Positions 62,463-64,000 of a DNA stretch of 64,000 bases are shown piece after piece. The position numbers and the translations under genes were made by a program. Under the pieces are notes generated by a model. It was not told where the DNA came from. It saw only the letters and a list, made by a program, of their open reading frames with translations, and made no database searches. The stretch lies in NCBI GenBank assembly GCA_963733035.1, contig CAVTBU010000005.1:2112001-2176000 (forward strand). The letters are read 5' to 3'. Position 1 is the stretch's first letter, and each line of letters begins with the position of its first letter. The DNA is from Pirellulales bacterium (lineage in GTDB: Bacteria; Planctomycetota; Planctomycetia; Pirellulales; PALSA-1355).

Positions 62463-63719
62463 TCAACGGTTGCCGCTGGCAACTTCGTCAACTTTGATAT
62501 CAACACCCAGCGCGGCTTTGGCCACCCGCGCTAGCGTCGACTTGTCGCCTTCGATATGGAAGGTCGACTGCGTGTGCATGATCGACTTGCCGGTTGGCAG
62601 TTGAGCGGCCGGCGAGAGCGATTCGAGTTCATAGAATCCGCCGAGGGCCGGCTTACCCGGTTCAGGCGGTCCGTCGTTGTAGCTATTGAAAACGTCTCCC
62701 TGGTAAGGCTCTTTCTGCTTACCCCAATTGTTGTTTACATATCCGTACTTCGCCGGATCATCGGGCATCGAGAAGTGCACGAGGGTTAGCACACCGTTCT
62801 CCAAATCGATCGAGCCGGCCACCGGTTTAACGCGGGCCTGCGAAACACCGATCTTTGAGCGAAATTCCCCATCGCCAACGAACCAAATGGCCTGCGAATT
62901 AACCCGCAGCCGATCGGGCGGAACGGCACCGAAATAGTCGGCATTGACGATCGGCCCCAGGGCAGGGTCATCGTCACTCTTGTAGGGAATGATGATCGAC
63001 GTGCGCGGACCGGCGGGGAACTGTCCGAGGCTCCAAATCGCAATCAAGCCTTTGTCACGACTCATTGCCGTGCCACGGTTGACGACCATGTTGATGGTCT
63101 GAAAACCCACCATCCGAAGTTTGCCTTCCGTGACCGCGCTTTGCGCCTCGCTACCGAACAGCTTGCCAAAGTGATGGATTTTTTGCAGGTGAATTTCGCG
63201 ATGGACTTCGAGGTCGAACACCGTGCGTGAAGCATTCTGAAAACGCATCCGGCGCGAAAGTCGGTAGTGCGGATCGGTGTCCTTCGACGTGATTTGGTAG
63301 GCACCGTCGTTCAGGGCCTGCGGCGTGTACCAATTGGCTAGCGTCTGGGAGGCACCAGGTGCGAACCACAGGCTGAACTGGCCCCCTTCGGGTCCTAGCC
63401 ACAGCCGGTCCTCGCCGCCGTAGTTGTTGAAGTGCTTGTCGTCGGCACCACCGGTGATGAACTTCCGATTGATCCAACCATGACTCAGACCGTCGGCGTC
63501 GCTGGTGCTGGAGGTCATCACACGCCCTTGGTACTCAGGGCAGATCGCCACGCGCTCACCATTTTCGCCGGTCAATTGCACGACTTTGGTATGCGAAACG
63601 AGAAAGTTGAACGCTTCCCCATAGGTTTCTCGCTCGGCCGCCTGGGCACGGATCCCGAGCGTGCACGCCAAAACTCCCACCAGAGCGAACGCACCGCACG
63701 TCATCCCATGATGATGCAT
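62463..63719 (-). CDS. DUF6786-like secreted protein
   Basis: QGRVMTS, GGEDRLWLGPEGGQF, NSYNDGP and FYELESLSP. Confidence 0.75.
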   Translation of the reverse strand: MHHHGMTCGAFALVGVLACTLGIRAQAAERETYGEAFNFLVSHTKVVQLTGENGERVAICPEYQGRVMTSSTSDADGLSHGWINRKFITGGADDKHFNNYGGEDRLWLGPEGGQFSLWFAPGASQTLANWYTPQALNDGAYQITSKDTDPHYRLSRRMRFQNASRTVFDLEVHREIHLQKIHHFGKLFGSEAQSAVTEGKLRMVGFQTINMVVNRGTAMSRDKGLIAIWSLGQFPAGPRTSIIIPYKSDDDPALGPIVNADYFGAVPPDRLRVNSQAIWFVGDGEFRSKIGVSQARVKPVAGSIDLENGVLTLVHFSMPDDPAKYGYVNNNWGKQKEPYQGDVFNSYNDGPPEPGKPALGGFYELESLSPAAQLPTGKSIMHTQSTFHIEGDKSTLARVAKAALGVDIKVDEVASGNR

Positions 63720-64000
63720 GAGAGAAACCTCCTGATTCGCGCTGGCCCCCCAGCAGGGGCCAAGCTGAGTTGAGCCCACGTCCTGTGTCTTGGCCGGCAG
63801 TCGTTGGCTGTCGGATTGCGGCGGGCCAGGTTCAATGCCGGAACGAACAAAGCGAATGTCCGCGACGGACTTTCGAATGTTCCAACCTGTGTTCTCCAGC
63901 GAGCTTAAACCTTCCCGAATGGGGCGATTATAGCGAATCGCACGTCGTTTGGGAGACGGCTGTGTTGCGGGTGTTCAAATGGTACAATTCCCCAGCTGTC

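Overview
A GC-rich 64-kb stretch of bacterial chromosome. The gene content points strongly to a Planctomycetota (Pirellulales-like) genome: a DUF1549/DUF1553 cytochrome with DUF1501, an SHD1-domain protein, tandem PQQ-like beta-propellers, an archaeal-type Ftr, and PEP-CTERM. Most of it is housekeeping and envelope genes (rlmI-like, rlmN, ftsH, dxr, rseP, lpxD, lpxI, def, uvrA, fbp, YchF-like, MoxR-DUF58-transglutaminase). About ten genes are split by apparent small indels, which looks like long-read assembly error rather than decay. I saw no rRNA, tRNA, CRISPR array, prophage or intact transposase. The most interesting items lie outside the standard annotation: (1) a stand-alone ~260-nt structured transcript (promoter to terminator, 1311-1573) with a 12-nt perfect anti-SD complement and a 10-codon ORF; (2) a 458-bp non-autonomous IS1-like cassette with terminal inverted repeats, an 8-bp target duplication, a transposase scrap and a passenger gene; (3) a secreted repeat protein with ~60 Cys; (4) an atypical lid-less Hsp70 paired with an HPD-less J-like/GspE-N membrane protein; (5) a DUF6065-proline iminopeptidase fusion; (6) an orphan gene fragment bracketed by REP-like palindromes. 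All family assignments come from motif recognition, not database searches.
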